In this document: positions 34,048-36,049 of the stretch, piece by piece | Numbering within the stretch: position 1 is the first letter of the stretch | Layout: each line of letters opens with the position of its first letter | Source of the DNA: Octopus sinensis | Lineage: Eukaryota | Assembly (NCBI RefSeq): GCF_006345805.1 | Contig: NW_021826239.1 | Span: 1-36,049 of the forward strand | Direction of reading: 5' to 3' | Length of the DNA stretch: 36,049 nt | Notes under the pieces: model-generated | Told to the model about the DNA's origin: nothing | Seen by the model: only the letters and a program-made list of their open reading frames with translations | The model's database searches: none | Translations under genes and position numbers: made by a program

Positions 34048-36049
34048 CACACTGGCCTGAATGTCTCTGCTCGCGCCAGACATCGACGTGAAACTTCAAC
34101 AATTCATGTCGTAATGCAATACATATCTACAATGTTTCCCAAGAGAAAGCCACTGTACACAACAACAAAATCCCCAGAGAGAGGAAAATTTTAATGAGAT
34201 GCATACAAAAATTTCAAATCGCACTAAACAAACAAATTGAAAGCAGTGAAAGTCCCCGCCTGAAAATAAAACTGTTGGAAATTGAAAAATGTCTGCAACT
34301 CTCTCATGGAAAGGAAAAAGCAGACAAAGAAGCCTGGGCTATAGACAACATAAAATCTAACCCCAGAGCTTTCTACAGGTATGCCAAGAAACAGCTACGG
34401 TGCACTGTAGGATAGAGCCCACTCCTTGAAAGGATGGCTCACTCACAGGAAATCCGATGAGGGTAGTGAAATACTAAATGAGCAATTCAAGAGTGTTTTC
34501 ACCCCACCCCTTGGGCATTTCCAAATCAGCAATCCAACTGACTTCTTCACCACTGCAAATATGGGGTCAGAGCGGCGATGATTGATTACATCAATATAAA
34601 GGAAAGACGATGTAATAAAGGCTATAGCTGAGATGAAAACAAACTCAGCTATTGGCCCCGATGGATTCCTGGCAATCCTTCTAAAAGTAAGTTAGAGAGT
34701 CCTAGCAAGACCACTGCAGTCTCTCTTTCAGAGCTTCCTTGCAACTGGCAAACTTCCAGAAAACTGAAGGAAGGTAAAATATGCCCTATTCATAAAGGAG
34801 GTAGCAGAGCGGAGGCCAAGAACTACAGACCTATCTCTCTGACCTCACACATCAGCAAGGTCATGAACGAATAGTCAGTAGGAAACTAATCACCTTCCTT
34901 GAAGAAAATGACTTGCTGCCTGACACCCAACATGGTTTCGACCAGGAAGAAGCTGCTTAACTCAGCTCCTACAACACTATGACTGGGTGCTGAAACGACT
35001 GCTCAACCACTCAAATGTGGAAGTCATATATCTTGACTTTGCAAAGGCCTTCGATAAAGTCGATCATGGAATGATATGTCACAAACTGCGTGATCTCAGC
35101 ATAGTTGGAAAACTGGGAGAATGGCTTCATGACTTTCTGAAAGATAGAAGTCAGGTGGTAGTAGCCAATGGGGCCACTTCCATTAACATGCAAATAGTGA
35201 GCGGTGTTCCGCAGGGCACTGTTTTGGGACCACTACTGTTCATAACGGCCCTCTCAGACATGCCCTCAGCCACGCAGAGAGCCACGATCACAAGTTATGC
35301 AGATGATACAAAAGTTTCACAGGCAATACAGAACCCTGAGGACACTAAACGCCTGCAATGTGAACTGGACAAAATATACAAGTGGGCTGAAAAGAATAGC
35401 ATGCAGTTCAATGCTGAAAAGTTTCAAGCTTTATACTATCAGCATGCAAAACTGAATGCAATACCCAATGAATACACTGGACCCGGAGGAATTGCAATCC
35501 CAGAGGCACAATCAGTGCGTGACCTGGGTATTTACCTGAGTGGTGACGCAACCTTTCGTGTACATGTTGCTAAATTGGCAATGAAATGTAGACGACTGGC
35601 CGGGTGGACTTTCAGAACCTTTAGAACAAGAAACCATGATGGTCCTCTGGAGGACACTTGTCCTAAGCCACTTTGACTATTGCTCTCAGCTATGGTCACC
35701 ATCCAGTGTCAAGCTGATCACAGAACTTGAGGCGATCCAACGTAGCTACACGAAGAAGATAGCCTCTATGCAGAAATTAAGCTACTGGGAAAGACTCAAG
35801 AGATTAAAACTCTTGGAGCGTAGGCGAGAAAGATATGCCATAATATACATCTGGAAGATCCTGGAGGGACTTGTCCCAAACTTTGGCATCGGGAGTTACA
35901 CAAATGCCAGAACTGGGCGCCACTGCATGGTGCCTAGGACTCCAAATTTGCCATCAAGATGTAGGACAAGATACTGTGATAGCCTAGGCTTCCGAGGCCC
36001 ACAGCTCTTCAATATCCTCCGAGAATCTAAAGACCTGCATGGGGTGGGA
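34046..36049 (+). mobile_element. CR1/L2-group LINE, 5'-truncated, frameshifted RT; runs off the window end
   Basis: Motifs NYRPISLTSH, YLDFAKAFDKVDH, SGVPQGTVLGPLLF, YADDTK, FNAEK, RDLG and LEAIQR...SYWERLK...LERRRER. Confidence 0.93.

Overview
AT-rich, microsatellite- and transposon-dense animal genomic DNA. The repeat families look like a coleoid cephalopod, probably Octopus; this is an inference from recalled repeat sequences. The only host gene found is the 5' part of NFXL1 on the minus strand: four coding exons between 268 and 4590 with clean GT-AG junctions and matching phases, continuing off the left edge, plus a probable non-coding first exon near 11.9 kb. The rest is mobile DNA: a mariner relic with TIRs, two 5'-truncated RTE LINEs with a PHD-type finger inside ORF2, an RTE fragment ending in a C2H2 finger, two CR1/L2-group LINE copies, many tRNA-derived SINEs, a Tc1/mariner deletion derivative and Helitron-like elements. 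Two observations stand out. (1) Several unrelated non-coding tandem or inverted repeat elements each carry a minimal type I hammerhead ribozyme (Penelope-like/retrozyme-like); one has a compensatory U3-A8 core. (2) One CR1-like copy has a dense, one-directional A-to-G cluster relative to its neighbour, as expected if an ADAR-hyperedited RNA was reverse-transcribed into the genome. All alignments and folds were done by eye.
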